This document shows, one piece after another, positions 41,440 to 54,639 of a DNA stretch of 64,000 nt. The notes beneath the pieces were generated by a model, which was given only the letters and a program-made list of their open reading frames with translations, was not told the DNA's origin and ran no database searches. Position numbers and translations under genes: made by a program. Position 1 is the stretch's first letter; the number at the start of each line of letters is the position of its first letter. The DNA is from Octopus vulgaris (Eukaryota), in contig OX597832.1 in the NCBI GenBank assembly GCA_951406725.2, positions 60,450,001-60,514,000 on the forward strand, in the 5' to 3' direction.

Positions 41440-42150
41440 CGTGATAGTTTTGACCAGCTTCCAAATTATAGGAATTTAACAGTGTAGGCACAAGTTATTG
41501 TAAACATTCACAGTGCAGTGATTCCTTCAAACCACAAGGTATTTCAGGCATATATTTGTCATTTTGTCAGACCCTGAGGCTTTTATGCTTCTAAATTTCA
41601 CAATTGCTTATTGGGCATCTGATAGAAGGAACAAGCTAAAGCCATAGTCTCTGTGAATGGTGCCTATTTTTCCTATTGTGTTTCAGCAGTTTTCATGAAA
41701 TGTCTACTCAGAGCATATACTTGGCGTTGCCATATGGCAATATCATTTGAGGCTATTATTGTGACATGGAATGTGTAGTGACCATTGTTGCTGCTGATAC
41801 TGCAGCTAAGTACATAGGGTTTTACTGTTAGTTTTGTGCTTAATCTTAGATACAAACATTTGCCAGTTTTCGGTTTTCCTATGTCTGTTTTTGTTATTAT
41901 TTCCCTGTTTAGTTTGTTTGATGTTGAGTTTTATTTCAGTTATGTGTAGTTATGGTGTATTGTGTTTCAGGTTGTCTCTGGTTTTTATGAGGTTGGCTAT
42001 TCCTGATATGTAATTGGGGTTGTATGTATTTTTTGTAGCTTTGTGGGATACAGATTCTTTTTCTTTTTTTTTTTATATAGAAGTGTCTATAATTATTATG
42101 TTGAATGCAATGTACTGTGGTGTTGGTGTTGTGATTGTGCTGTTACTGAA
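41440..42150 (-). mobile_element. possible decayed Penelope-like remnant
   Basis: Stop-riddled fragments such as NLCLH (compare CNLCL.EK); weak. Confidence 0.35.
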
Positions 42151-42509
42151 TTCTGAAAAGATTGATTCTCTTTCAGGTGACTTGACCTGTAAGAAATTGC
42201 AGCCAAATCTTCCAGAAACACTACCCTACTGTCTTCAAATTGGTTAACTATACAGGATAAACTAATACTTGAATATAATAATAGACCAGAACAGAATGAG
42301 ATGGTTATGGTTAGAGAAAGCCAATTGAATGATGAGTACTTGATATGCAGAAATATTTATCATCAATGACGATGATGTTGAAGATGATGCTGCTGCTGCT
42401 GATGACGATGACAATGATGATAATGAATGCAAGCGGTATGTGTGTGAATGTATGTGAGAGGAGTGATGTTAACGCAATGATGGTGGTGCATGAATGATGT
42501 TGTGTAAGT

Positions 42510-42570
<61 letters not shown>

Positions 42571-45500
42571 TGCATATATATGAATATGTTATAATTTGCA
42601 TACATGCAAGTGTGTACATATATGTGTGTAACTGTGTATATGATTGTATTATCATTGTTAGCAATGTATATTCACATAATGTCCATAAGTAACTCTGCTC
42701 CTCTATTAAAGTGTGTGTATATATATATATATGTATGTATGTATGCCACTGTCTACATACACAAACATGTGTTATGCACATATGTGTTTGTGAGTATACA
42801 TTATAAATCTATATCACTGTCTGTATGCATAATCACATGCACAAACACACACAAATGTGTGTTTGCACAAACGTATTACGAATGTATAAATGACTAAATT
42901 TATAACTGTGTGTATGTGTACAAATAGATGTTTATATGAATGGATAGACGTGTGTGTGTATGTGTATGCAAGTACACAATACAACAAGAATGTTACTGGA
43001 GAGTGAGGGAAGGAGGTGGTGGTGGTGGTGAAGATGCGAGATACACAGAAAGAGCCTGTGACCGATGCCAATAAATAACTCGGTCATTGATGCAGTCAGC
43101 AGGAAATTGCAAAATTTATGGTTCAAATTCATCACCGATATACAATTTAGTTACAGAAATAAGTCACAATTACCTGGGGTTTGCTCTTTTGGCTGTATTG
43201 TTGTGTTTTTTTGTTTTTAATTGTGATCATAATTTTTTTTAATATATATATTTTCATCTTCTCTCCATCATTGTGATTATTATACCCTGTTCTCTCTTCC
43301 TTGACTACATCACCCCCACCACCTGTCTGTTACACTTCCCCACATTATTCTCTTTATTATTATTATTATTATTATTAATTATTATTATTGATATTGTTGA
43401 AATAGTTAGAGATGTATTTTGCCTCACCTCACTCGATATTATGAATTAAAGAATTTATTTTTTATTAATTGAAATTATGTGGAAAAATATTTTATTTTTC
43501 AATGTGGAACTTCTTCACAGAGAGGTAAATATTGAATTGTTTGTTGAATTTTCCCTACACTCTGTTCAGAGGAAAAACAAAATGATTTTAATTTGTAAAA
43601 AGGAAATTTCTTTTTCCACTCACTAACAAAGAACTGCACCATGTAAACACATTCCCTGCACCAAAAAATAAGAAAAGGAAATCACTGATGACAGAAATGA
43701 GAAAAACAAAATTAAGACTTTCATCATCCTCATCACCACCACCACCACCACCACCATCCACACTAACGTAGAAGAAACAATGTGGTTGCTCAATATACTA
43801 GAAACAGCAGCCAAATGCACTTCAAGTAACATCATGAGGGAAAATGAAGAGGGCACATAAGAATGTAGAAGCTCTAAAAAGACAAGTTGGATATGAAGGG
43901 GATTCCTTTGGTTATAAGTTTTCTTGACTAGGGCTGACCTGGTGCTAAAATGATAACTATGCTTCTTATCATATCTAAAACAGTTCTTAATTTTTGACTT
44001 AACATCATAAACAACTTTGATGTTATCATCACCATCACAATCAGTAAAACTGGATTTCTGTCGTACTTAGTGTTACATCATGATCATTGTTCATATTGAT
44101 GCTAACTACCACCATCATTTATAATCATTAAGTCAACAGAGGAACCTTTATGTGGTTGCTCAGGTTGCTAGAAATACCAGCCAAATTCCTTAACTGACAC
44201 TACTATTTCAAGTGAAGAACACATTGGATGATGTGGTCTTGGGTTCCATGCTCATAGGAAAAAGACAGGGTTGTCATGGCTGGAATGCCTTTTATTACAG
44301 GTCTGCTCAATCAGGTCAGACCAAGGGAGTAACACATGATATAAGCACAGCTATCCGATGAAGGATTTTCTATGCAGTTCTTCAGCTTGTGAAAAACAAC
44401 GGTGGAAATATCCTTTAAAGCAAACCCTACCACTTTTGAACAGGAAAGAATGCTATGGAGAATGTGGTCCTTTACATGCAGGTATGATTGGTTCAATCCT
44501 ACAGTGTGGCACCTTGGGCAAGTGCCTTTTACTATCAAAGCCTTGTGAGTGGACTTAGTAGATGGAAACTTAAAGAAGCCCATCATATGTGTGTGTGTGT
44601 GTGTGTGTGTGTGTATTTGGCAACCAGTCTTGGTGTGTTTATGTCCCTATAACTTGGCAGTTCAACAAAAAAAGTACCAGGCTTGAAAAGCACTGAGGTC
44701 ACTTCAGTCAACTAAATTCCTTCAAGGCAGTGCCTCAGCATGACCGGAGCACGTAAAAAGACAGAAGACTATGTATATAAACCAATCGCATGTCATTACT
44801 GGAATGTCTTTGATCATGAGTCTGCTCAATCATGAGTGACCTGGGGCTACACACCACTAATAGCAACAACATAATCTTCAAAATCTAATTAAGTAAGAAG
44901 CTGCTGTGTAATCACTTGGTCTACTCTCCATATTGGTTCTCAGTTTAAAATAGTAATTCATGGTTCCACTATAGGAGATAAGATGTCATAGGATAGAATC
45001 TGACTGAGAATTCAAGCAGTTCAAAGACATTAAGTCTACAATAAATATTTTTGATTCAGTTCTGTGTAATGTATATAGATCACGTGTGTGCCATGAGTTT
45101 TGGGAATTGAAGGATACTGGAAAATAAAAGGATGATTTTAAAACCTCATGGGTTTTTTTTTTAATATATCACACTAGCACATATGTTCCTTTGTGGCAAA
45201 GTGCAGCATCCATTTCTGTTTTATAAAATTTTAATACTGCTTTTTGTTTTTTTTTTGTTGTTTTTCATTTACTATAACTTTCAAAAAGCTGATGGTGTGC
45301 CATGACACTGTGTCTTTATACAGTGGATAAAAAAAGATTAATACTACCACCACCACCACCACTACTACTACTTTTTGTAGATAAGACAGGTAAATAGTAA
45401 ACTATGAGAAGAGGCTACAAACACACCCACACATTTGGATGAACAGAAAGAAAAAGTACTCAATATATGAAGGAAAGTTTCTTTAGTTGTTGAAGCTCAT

Positions 45501-45834
45501 GATACACTGTTACAACTAAGAGTTTCTCATTAGATGCAATTCTTCAGGTAAAAAAACAATAGACAGACACACTAACAAGCAGGGATAAGAAGGTAGTTTT
45601 TAAATGGTTGAATGATCTGCTAAAAATAATAGCAAAATCTCCTTTAAATCATGTACTTTTGTGGCAGGAGGGGTGAAAAAACAACATATATAATGCAAGT
45701 GAGTAAAACTGTATCTGGAAGAAAAAAATATATGGGATGACCATGGATAGAATGTCTTTGTTTATAGGTTTCCTCAATAAGATTGTCATAGATCTAAAAA
45801 AACAGCAACAAAAATGTATTAAAAAGTAACTTAC

Positions 45835-45876
45835 AAGTAAAATACGGTTGAATTTCATTCAGCTTTGTGGATGAAT
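45835..45876 (-). CDS. mbnl: mbnl microexon A, 42 nt, phase 1/1: YSSTKLNEIQPYFT
   Basis: Branch-like attaac, pyrimidine tract, aatccag acceptor and TT|gtaagt donor; frame-preserving; paralogous to 36660-36695. Confidence 0.85.
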
Positions 45877-45961
45877 CTGGATTTAAAAAGAGGAAAATGA
45901 AACAGAAATGTGTTAATAGAGCAACTGGTGGTTATGCATATCAAGAAATAAAGCGTTTCAA

Positions 45962-46535
45962 CACTTTAGCATTCACATTACTCTGACGAATGTAAGGCAT
46001 ATTTTATTTGTCAATTTCTATCTTTTACATATCTCAGTCATTCAACTGTGGCCATATTGCGGCTCTGCTTTGAAGAATTTTAGTCAAACGAATTGATTCC
46101 AGCACTTACTTTTTTTTTAAAACCTGGTACTTATTCTATTTGTCCTTTTTGCTGAACTGCAAAGTTATGGGGATGTAAAGACTGCAACACCAGCTGTCAA
46201 ACAGTGGTAGGGGACAAAGGCAGACAAAGATACACACACACGACAGACTTTTTACAGTCTCTGTCTATCAGATCCACTCATAAGGCTTTGGTTGGCCTGG
46301 GGCTATAATGGAAGACATTTGCCCAAAGTGCTACACAGTGGGACTGAATCTGGAACAATGCAGTTGCCAAGCAAACTTCTTACCACACATGCATGCCAGC
46401 ATCGCATTGCTCTGAGATGCTCATGTTAATTTTTAAAATGACATTATGGGAAAGGTGTGAAAGGTTGGATCTGACCAGACTGAAGATAAAATAGAATATT
46501 TGGACCAGATATGGCTGTTTAAATGCTAAAAGGAT
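45962..46535 (+). mobile_element. MITE family 1 copy interrupted by a SINE-like insertion (about 46015-46400)
   Basis: Left end ctttagcattcacattactctg and right end gtttaaatgctaaaagg flank a repeat shared with 34675-34840 and 1995-2140. Confidence 0.65.
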
Positions 46536-46915
46536 AAACCCTTCAATTGCAACCTTCCTGAAGCCACCGTAATTTCATATGAGAAACTTTTCTTATATTC
46601 AATGCATTAATTTCTTTATTATCACTATCATTTTTGTACTGACTTAAATTTACACACAATGCACATTATTTCACAGAACGAAAGGCATTTTGTAAAAAAA
46701 AAAAAATTTTTATAAGTCACACCAACAGATATATAATATATATATATACTCTAACAGAGAAGTAATTAAATTTTAATGCATATAATTATTACTCATTAGA
46801 TGTAAATATTATTAAATATTAGTTGATCTGAACAATGAGTTATGGCCTTGCTGGAGCACTGTCCCACATTAATGGGTCTTCTTTTGCAATGAATATCTGA
46901 TCCTTTAATGTTTAA

Positions 46916-47135
46916 CCCTTTAGTGTTCGCATTATTCTGCCAAAATTAATCCTTTGTCATCCACATTGTTTTGAACTAATCATGCATTATCTTGTAGCTA
47001 TGAGATTTTGATGAGGTAGCTGTAATTTTTAAAACGATATTGTAGGGTTGGTGTGAGAGACCAGATCTGGCCAGTTTGAACATAAAACAGGCAGAATACT
47101 TTTGGTCGGATATGGCCAGTTTAAATGCTAAAGGG
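46916..47135 (+). mobile_element. piggyBac-like MITE family 1, intact ends
   Basis: TTAA TSD on both sides and TIR ccctttag / ctaaaggg; related copies at 33041-33245, 45962-46535 and 8288-8505. Confidence 0.85.
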
Positions 47136-47183
47136 TTAAACATGTAAATGTTCATGGGCAATGTCTTGGTGAAAGTTGCTGCA

Positions 47184-47492
47184 AGCTACTCTATACGGCT
47201 CATAGCTTTTTAGAAGTTGCACTACATGGCTTATATAAATTGATGGCATTTGCTCTACACAGCTTATATGGCCTTCTGAGGGTTGCCATCACAGAGGTCT
47301 TATGATCTTTGAGAGACTATTCTGCATTTATCATATAGCCTTCAGGATAATGTTACTCTAAACAGCTTATGAAACCTTTTCGAAGCTGTTCTACACCCTT
47401 CCAGAGATTGCACTACATAACATCTATAGCCACCTGGAAGCAGCTTTACGCAGTTATCACAACCTTCCAGAGGCCCACAGTACACAGTTCAC
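47184..47492. repeat. degenerate minisatellite, about 33-bp period, about 10 units
   Basis: Recurring gttgc(t/a)ctacacagcttat...ccttc(t/c)gag-like units near 47184, 47216, 47250, 47282, 47316, 47352, 47385, 47407 and 47440. Confidence 0.6.
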
Positions 47493-47644
47493 TGATGTTA
47501 TAGAACTCCAGGCCAGCCTTGACTGAGCAGACCTATAATAAAGGGTGCACAAGTAATGACAATTTCATCCATTTTCAGAGGTACTGTATATATACAGAAA
47601 AATAGTAAAATAACCAAACCAAACTAAATCAAATAGATACTTAC

Positions 47645-47786
47645 ATGTTACTGGTAAGTATGGCTGTTGAAGTTGCATTGCAAGTGCCTGCTGGTAGGCC
47701 ACATTGCCAGGTTGATAGACTGGGACGCCACTTTTACTATCTGCCACTGCCACACGTTTAGCATAAGGTGCACCGGTAATACCACC
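47645..47786 (-). CDS. mbnl: mbnl exon (exon-6 equivalent), 142 nt, phase 0/1: GGITGAPYAKRVAVADSKSGVPVYQPGNVAYQQALAMQLQQPYLPVT
   Basis: Acceptor tttcctcttgttggcactag, donor ACAT|gtaagt; KR..., KSG.PVYQP and YQQALAMQLQQ are Muscleblind family motifs. Confidence 0.95.
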
Positions 47787-50700
47787 CTAGTGCCAACAAG
47801 AGGAAATATCAAATTAAACTTGAAATTTGGTTTTGTATTTATGAGAATACGACGAAAATAAAATAAATTAATTTTTTAAAAATTCTTTTTTTTTTTTAAT
47901 TTTTTTTTATTTTATTCAAGATAAATAAGGAAAGCAGAAATTATTATAGAAGGAAGAAAAATAGAAATAAAACTTTAGAAAAAAAATTATAAAAATAAAT
48001 CGTCTGGGAGACATTTAAAAAAAACTGAAAAAAGTAAATTAAAATATTTTTTTTTTGATTATTATATTTAATTTTCCTTTGTATGATTTTATATATTTGA
48101 AATATTTTTTGACTTTACTTGTATTCTTCTTTGAAGGACAGTTGCAGGAAGGAATTAAAATTTAAAAAGTAAAAGATAAAAAATAATAATAAATAAATAA
48201 ATAAAACCCCTCTAAGATAAATTTGAAATGTCAGTAAACCACTTGTGACTTGCTGCTATGTATGGTTATATTTTATTTGAAAGCATTTTGAATGAACCAT
48301 GAAGATGAATAAATCAATAAAGAATTTAATTTTCTTTCTGTTTTCTTTTTTAATATCTTCGAGTTGCACTTGTTTCACAAGTGACTTGATCTAAGAGAGT
48401 GTATTGAAATACAAAATAATTACACCATGGAAGAAACATTAAAACCATTTAAAACACACACACATATACTGTTAGATTCACATTATTTTCGTGTGTGTCT
48501 GTGACAGTATTTATATACTATTAATTGTTCAATAATTTTGTTGTACATCTACGAGCAAGTTAGTCACTAACACACAATTTTGCTATATTTCATACACTTT
48601 ATTGGATAAAATACTGTTAGAAAATAAAGTGGATATAACAGTATAAGTGTGTATGTGTGTTTGTACTTTAAATGGCAAAAGCAACTAAGACCCCCTTCCC
48701 ACCATCACTTTGCAAATTGGAAAAATAAACTATGATTTTCCCTGGTTTCCTCTCCTTACTATAAATAAATAAAAAAAATTGCAATTTGTGTGTTTGATTG
48801 TCTTTAAACCATATATAAAATATAATAACTTTAGAGAAATATTTGTGTATGTGGGAAACATCAACAAAGTCATTTTTATAGAGATATCATATGGTTAGTG
48901 AAGAATTCTGGAGTCTCTTGAAATGCAATGTTAGAGGACTGTTAAATGGAATGCACAAATAGAGAAACTGTTGCAAGTGGAGTTTAGCCCTCATTCTTCT
49001 GAAGAACACAAAATTAAGAAAACAAAGTAGTTAAAATGAAGAGAGACAGAGAGAGACAGAGAGAGAAGTGGGGAGGATGAAACTAAGAAGGAGAAAAGAA
49101 AAACAGACTAAAAATGATAGGCAAAGAAAGAAAAAAGGAATAAAAGACAAACGAAGAGAAGGATTAAATGATTATCACACACAAGTGAGAGCCAGTATTG
49201 TCACCAGAAGTGACACTGATGTTATATTCAGTAGAACTAGTGCTGTCACACACATAAGTGAAGGCAATAATATCCAAATGAAACCAGTGTTGTCACAGAC
49301 AAGCAGAGGCAGAGTGGTTAGACACAAGTGCATGGAGAAAGAAAACTCAAAAATGAAGTTAAGACAGGCACATTTGAGTGAAGTCAATAACGGTACACTT
49401 GAGTGAGATGGCGAAGGCACGAATGAGATATACTTGACTTATTGTCGTCATCATCATTTAGTGTTCATATTTCACGCTGGCAAGGGTCAGATGATGTGAC
49501 AGGATACTACAGGTCCAAGAACTGCAACATAGTCCAGTGTCTTGGTATGGTTTCCATGGCTGGATGCCCTTCCTAATGTTACTGAGTGAAATTTATATAT
49601 CATTTCAGTTACTGTTTACTCTGGGACATTTCAACTAACAGTTTTAATAAGAAATATTTTTGCATTCCTTTTAATTTATTTAAAATTTAATGTATATTGA
49701 TAGCTCACTGAATTTCCAACAAAAATAACATGGGTGAATCTATAACTCAATGTAGAACAAATATCACAAAAGACATTATCCATTAAACATTGGTTTCTTG
49801 TTTTCTTTGCCAACCCATAGCAGCAACACACATATAACTTGCTGGCTTTTGCACAGTTTCCATTAACTAAATTACACTTCAAAGCTAGAGAAGAAAACAT
49901 TTGCTGAGGCTGCTATGCAGTGGAATTGAACCAGGAACTACACTGTGAAGTAAACTTATGACCAGTTAGCAGTGTTGGTATACAATAGCTGACTGGTAGG
50001 CTGTGCTGGCATACATATAATTTATAGCTTAATAAATTAAAATGACTAACTAGGAATGAGACAGGATGGTAATAAAAGACAGCAGGGGGGGGGTAAGAAG
50101 GGAAAGAAAAAAGTATGTAGTGATGTTGAGATAAAGGTTAGTTAAGTTAATTAGCAGGTCAAATAGCTTCAGGTTAAATATTTGAGTTAATTAATACGTG
50201 AAATTAGGACATCACAGCTGCCACTTCACTACAAAAAGAGCACAAGTTAATATATATATGCATATATATATATGCAAAGAAAATAAATAATTAAAAAAAA
50301 TTTATCCTGAAGATGATGCCTTGCTACAAGCAACAACACCAATGACCAAAAATTACACAAAAGAAAACCATTTCATCATTCCAACAGCTGTAATTTACCA
50401 GTTAATATTTAGTATTGATTTTGCAGTAGATTTCAGAATTAAATTAACTTATGACAAATAGAGAAGCTACAAGTGGGTGTGTGTGTGAACCACAGGAGTA
50501 ATGAACAACAATGAATGTCTTTGACTGAGCATTGCAAAAAAAAAAAAAAAAAGAATCTGGGAAATTGGAGGAATAATTTCCCAAATACAACTGGTACTAA
50601 TTCAATCAATGCTGGTTTGATTGCAGGACGAGTCAAGACCAGAAGAAATATGAACATAGAACATGGAGGTGTTGAAAAGGGCATGTTGCACCACTAACTT

Positions 50701-53700
50701 ACCAATTTTATACTTAAAAATAAAGAACAATTGATACAGAAAAGTTGGCCATAGTCATTTGGATACAACTAAGTATATTACTGGTACACAAACTAAAGAT
50801 TCAGAAAAGAAATTCTAAGGAGGTGGGCATGGATGTTGCTCCTGCCCAACAATATCCAACTGGGATTTTGAACTCAAAATCAAAAAAAGAGTCAAGGCCA
50901 ATTTAATGGGCTTAGTGCAATACAGACATCTCAAGCATCTTGAAAATGGCAAATAATAATAACTGGCATTATATACTCTGCTAGCAGTCAACTAGCTCTC
51001 ACTAGCTTAAAGCAGATCATGCAAATAAGTGCAATGGAGTGGTGCTGCCCAGCATTGCAAAATTAAAAAAAATACAAGAGCACTCTGTGAATAAAAATAA
51101 AGGTTTCAGTATTTTATTAGTGTGCAGTGCTGCATTGCAGAATCCTCTCATGATGTGCACACACAGTACAACCTTATGATAGGCTGATGGCTGGTCTAAT
51201 GAGAGATAAGGCTATCCATGTGTTATCACCTTCAAACCTGTTACAGAAACAGTTAATCAGAACATGACCAAATGATGACAAGCATCAGAAAGCAGTAATG
51301 AGATACAATATTGAATGTATTTAGACACACAGAGATTCTTTCTCTCTCTAACACATGCATACACATACATACATCTATATATGCTAAGGCCCCTAAGTGG
51401 AATTTTAATCACTAGGTTAAAGTTTCTTTGTTTTCATGAATCTTTCCTTTCTGCAAATGCTAGTCTTCTATATATGCAAACATTTTCTGAGATACCAGGA
51501 AATTCCTAGTCACCTATCTCTTACAGAGGCCCTCTGTGTGTACATGAATGCATACACACACACATATATGCATGTATGTTTGCACATGTCTGTGTGTGTG
51601 CATGTAGACACATGTCTGCATGTTTGTTTACATTGGCAATTTCTGAAAAATTTGCTCAGCTACAGGTAGTGTTGTTGCTGTAATTTTTCCTACCAACAGG
51701 GATTGTCCACTAAGTGAAATAAGTGAACTCACAACAGAATATCTAACCAGATAAAGGATTAGAGTTGAGAAGGTGTCAGTTTAACAGCAAATAAGTCACT
51801 GGTATGATGTTGCAATAAAAACTTTAACAACTCAGCAGCTTGTCTCCAGTTGTCTCTGGTGCATGCACTGCTATAGCAAAAGGCAAATAGACTTAACTCA
51901 GGGTGGCCACTGTCTACTAGTTGTAAGTAGATATGTACTACCAGAGAGAAACAAATGTTTTAAGCTGGAACCTCTTTCTTTATTGCTCAGTTCAATTTCT
52001 CTTGCTATTAACAGAATAGTTGCTTTGACCCACTGGATGTGTGTAAATATCTTAAACTCTACCATTACATGAATTCTTGCTGTATATCTAGAGACAAGAA
52101 CCAAGATTGTTATATATTAATAACCTTTGAAATATGAATAGAATTGCACACATCTGATGTTTCTGACAATAAAATGCAAATTGTATATGTATATATTGCC
52201 CAGGTTTTCTTGAGTTAAAAGGTAAGGCACATACAAGGTGAGACAACAAGATGCACAGGTAAGCAAGATAATCAGCAATGCTAAATTCGAAAGCCTTTAA
52301 CAGGACTCTTCTCTATCTGATGGTCAGATGGTTGGCTAATAAGTCACTGTGGAGTTCACCTATCCTTGTAAACAAATATTGACCAATCACTCTACACACA
52401 CCAAATTGACATCATTAAAGGGATGTTTGTTGCTGATTTAGTCATATGATTAAATGATCTACAGAAACGGGCTCTTGGAATGACACAGAGAAAATTCAAT
52501 AAGTTTATGGAATTCAGGAATCTAAAGCAGTAGACAACTGGACAGTTGTTTCGACACCATAGCAGAACTTTGTAGATATTGATGATGACAAAGTATATCC
52601 TTGTGTGTGTGAAAAATATGATTACATAGTGATGTATATATGAAAATATATTTACAAACATAATATACATTCATATTATACATACATTATATATATAATT
52701 TTTGTGTGTAATATATTTATATACATGTATATATGTAAATATATTTACAAACATACACACACACACATTCAAATCTTAGAAGAATGTTTCCTAGAGGCAA
52801 GAAAAAAGGTGTTGGGTGATTTTACTTAAGAAAAGGGAATATAAGTTACCACATATAGACTAACTAGAGTGCAAAATAATAAAGTAACAATATTGATGAC
52901 AATAATGATAATAATTATTAAATAACGACAACACCAACAGCAGTAGTAATAGTAATGATAGTGCTTTCCAGATTTTAAATGAAGTACCAAATAGTTTACT
53001 AACATTTCAATTAAAAGAATTCAAATATTCTTTAAAGTAAAAAAAAAAAAAAAAAAAAAAAGCAGTTCCGAAAAAGTGGCGTTAGATTTTTGAGAAAGAA
53101 GGAAGTATAGAAAATATCCCCATCTCATCATAAAGGTTAAAAGAAAAAACAGAAAAATGTACAAAAAATTGAAAACATGCTGAATTTGTCACCCAGACGA
53201 TTAAAAAAAATTAAAAAATTCAAAAGAAAAGGAAACTGCAGAAAAGAATAATAGCAAAAGATTTAAGAAAAAATATTAGATATATATATGTATATACATA
53301 TATGATATTATATCATATTTAGAAATTATATACTATATTGCATTACATTGTGGAAAACATAGTCACCAGCTTCTGAATGTGTTAAAAAGAATCATATTTC
53401 TTTGTTAGGTTTAATTTAGGTTGATATATATGTACGAAGCAGACAGTATTATATTCTTTGTATTTTAAATAATGAAGATAAATTTCAATCTATGCAGAAA
53501 ATACATGCATTATATGTTTTGAGTATGTTTCAGTTTACAAATGAGAGGAAATGAGTACCTGATATAGAGGTAGAGTTTAAATATTAATGGCAGTGCTGGG
53601 GTTAATTTCTCTGACTACAGGGTTTTGTGAATAGAGTTGTTAAATTTACAAACACATACTATATATATATATATATTTTTTCTTTCTTAATATTAATTAG

Positions 53701-53757
53701 CAAAACAAAACAAAAAAAAACAGAAAGAAAAAATTGTAATAACATAACGCAGAAGCA

Positions 53758-53810
<53 letters not shown>

Positions 53811-54243
53811 CATACACATAAAGGATAAAATATTTGTTTGGTTAATTAATTTATCAAAGAGAAGAGAAAAAAATAAAACTCAAGATAGTTAAATCTAGAA
53901 ATTGAAGTTGGATATGAAAATTTATATATATATACATATATAAATATATATATATATATAAAGTAATAGCATATACAAGTGCTTTATTAAGAAAATAATA
54001 TTAATAATAATAATATAACATATAATATAGAAAGAGTTTATGTATATATATGTGTCCTAGATAGATATTGTATAAGAAATTACAGCATTTTCTCTAATAA
54101 ACATCTTGCAAAATCACATGACAATAGAATAGAAATGTAAAAATCTTAGAGGCGTGAGTTTTAAGAATTCGCAGAAATGGCCAGTTAGGCATTCAAGGAA
54201 AAAACATGCAAAATGTGACAAACGTCCATAGAATGTGGACTGC

Positions 54244-54280
<37 letters not shown>

Positions 54281-54524
54281 TACATACACACACACACATA
54301 ATCAAACAGTGATTATCCTCTGAAGTACATGTGTGCACGTGTGTGTGTGCATATATATGTACGTAAGTATATGTATATATACATACATATATATATGAAT
54401 GTAAAAGGAAAACTCTACATTGCTAAGTAAAGCATATTGAAGGCCAGATTTTATTGTTATTATTAACTAATATTATTTTGTCATGTGACTGTGCAAGTAA
54501 TTATCATTATATATATATAAAAAA

Positions 54525-54570
54525 AAAAAGCAGACTACAGCAACATGCAAAGCATGATGGGATATAGTAC
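54525..54570 (-). promoter_or_regulatory. downstream intronic motifs of the NLS exon (Rbfox UGCAUG plus YGCY)
   Basis: Minus strand reads gtactatatcccatcatgctttgcatgttgctgtagtctgctt: UGCAUG at 54544-54549 and three UGCU. Confidence 0.6.
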
Positions 54571-54639
54571 CAGAGTAACGAGATCGTCTGCAGGCTCACG
54601 AGGTCGCTTCTTGCCCGTCAAGACCTCAACCACTTGCGG
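54571..54639 (-). CDS. mbnl: mbnl NLS cassette exon (vertebrate MBNL1 exon-5 equivalent), 69 nt, phase 0/0: PQVVEVLTGKKRPREPADDLVTL
   Basis: Acceptor actaattag, donor CTG|gtacta; KKRP basic motif followed by D..L as in vertebrate exon 5 (KSLKRPLEATFDL, recalled); splices in frame to 47786. Confidence 0.9.

Larger units (their letters stand above)
1..54639 (-). other. mbnl: 3' portion of a muscleblind-like (MBNL/mbl) gene, 5' exons outside the window
   Basis: Seven phase-compatible AG/GT-bounded exons splice into one ORF with Muscleblind hallmarks: KKRP + KR bipartite NLS, KSGVPVYQP, YQQALAMQLQQ, SAATSTTSLP and a CCCH pair (CRDFKSSQCNRPQCKFVH, VTVCRDSVKGKCRRHLCKYYH). Confidence 0.95.

Noticed and set aside
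42992-43192. Possible terminal exon FIYWHRSQALSVYLASSPPPPPPSLTLQ* and a 19-nt AG...GT segment near 43174-43192
   Set aside because: Weak GAG acceptor and the poly-Pro derives from a CCA microsatellite; the 19-nt piece has no pyrimidine tract and shifts frame.
47565-47644. Read-through of the exon-6 donor (CKYLFDLVWFGYFT...SENG*)
   Set aside because: A consensus gtaagt donor is present and the extension is AT-rich intron-like sequence; retention cannot be supported without reads.
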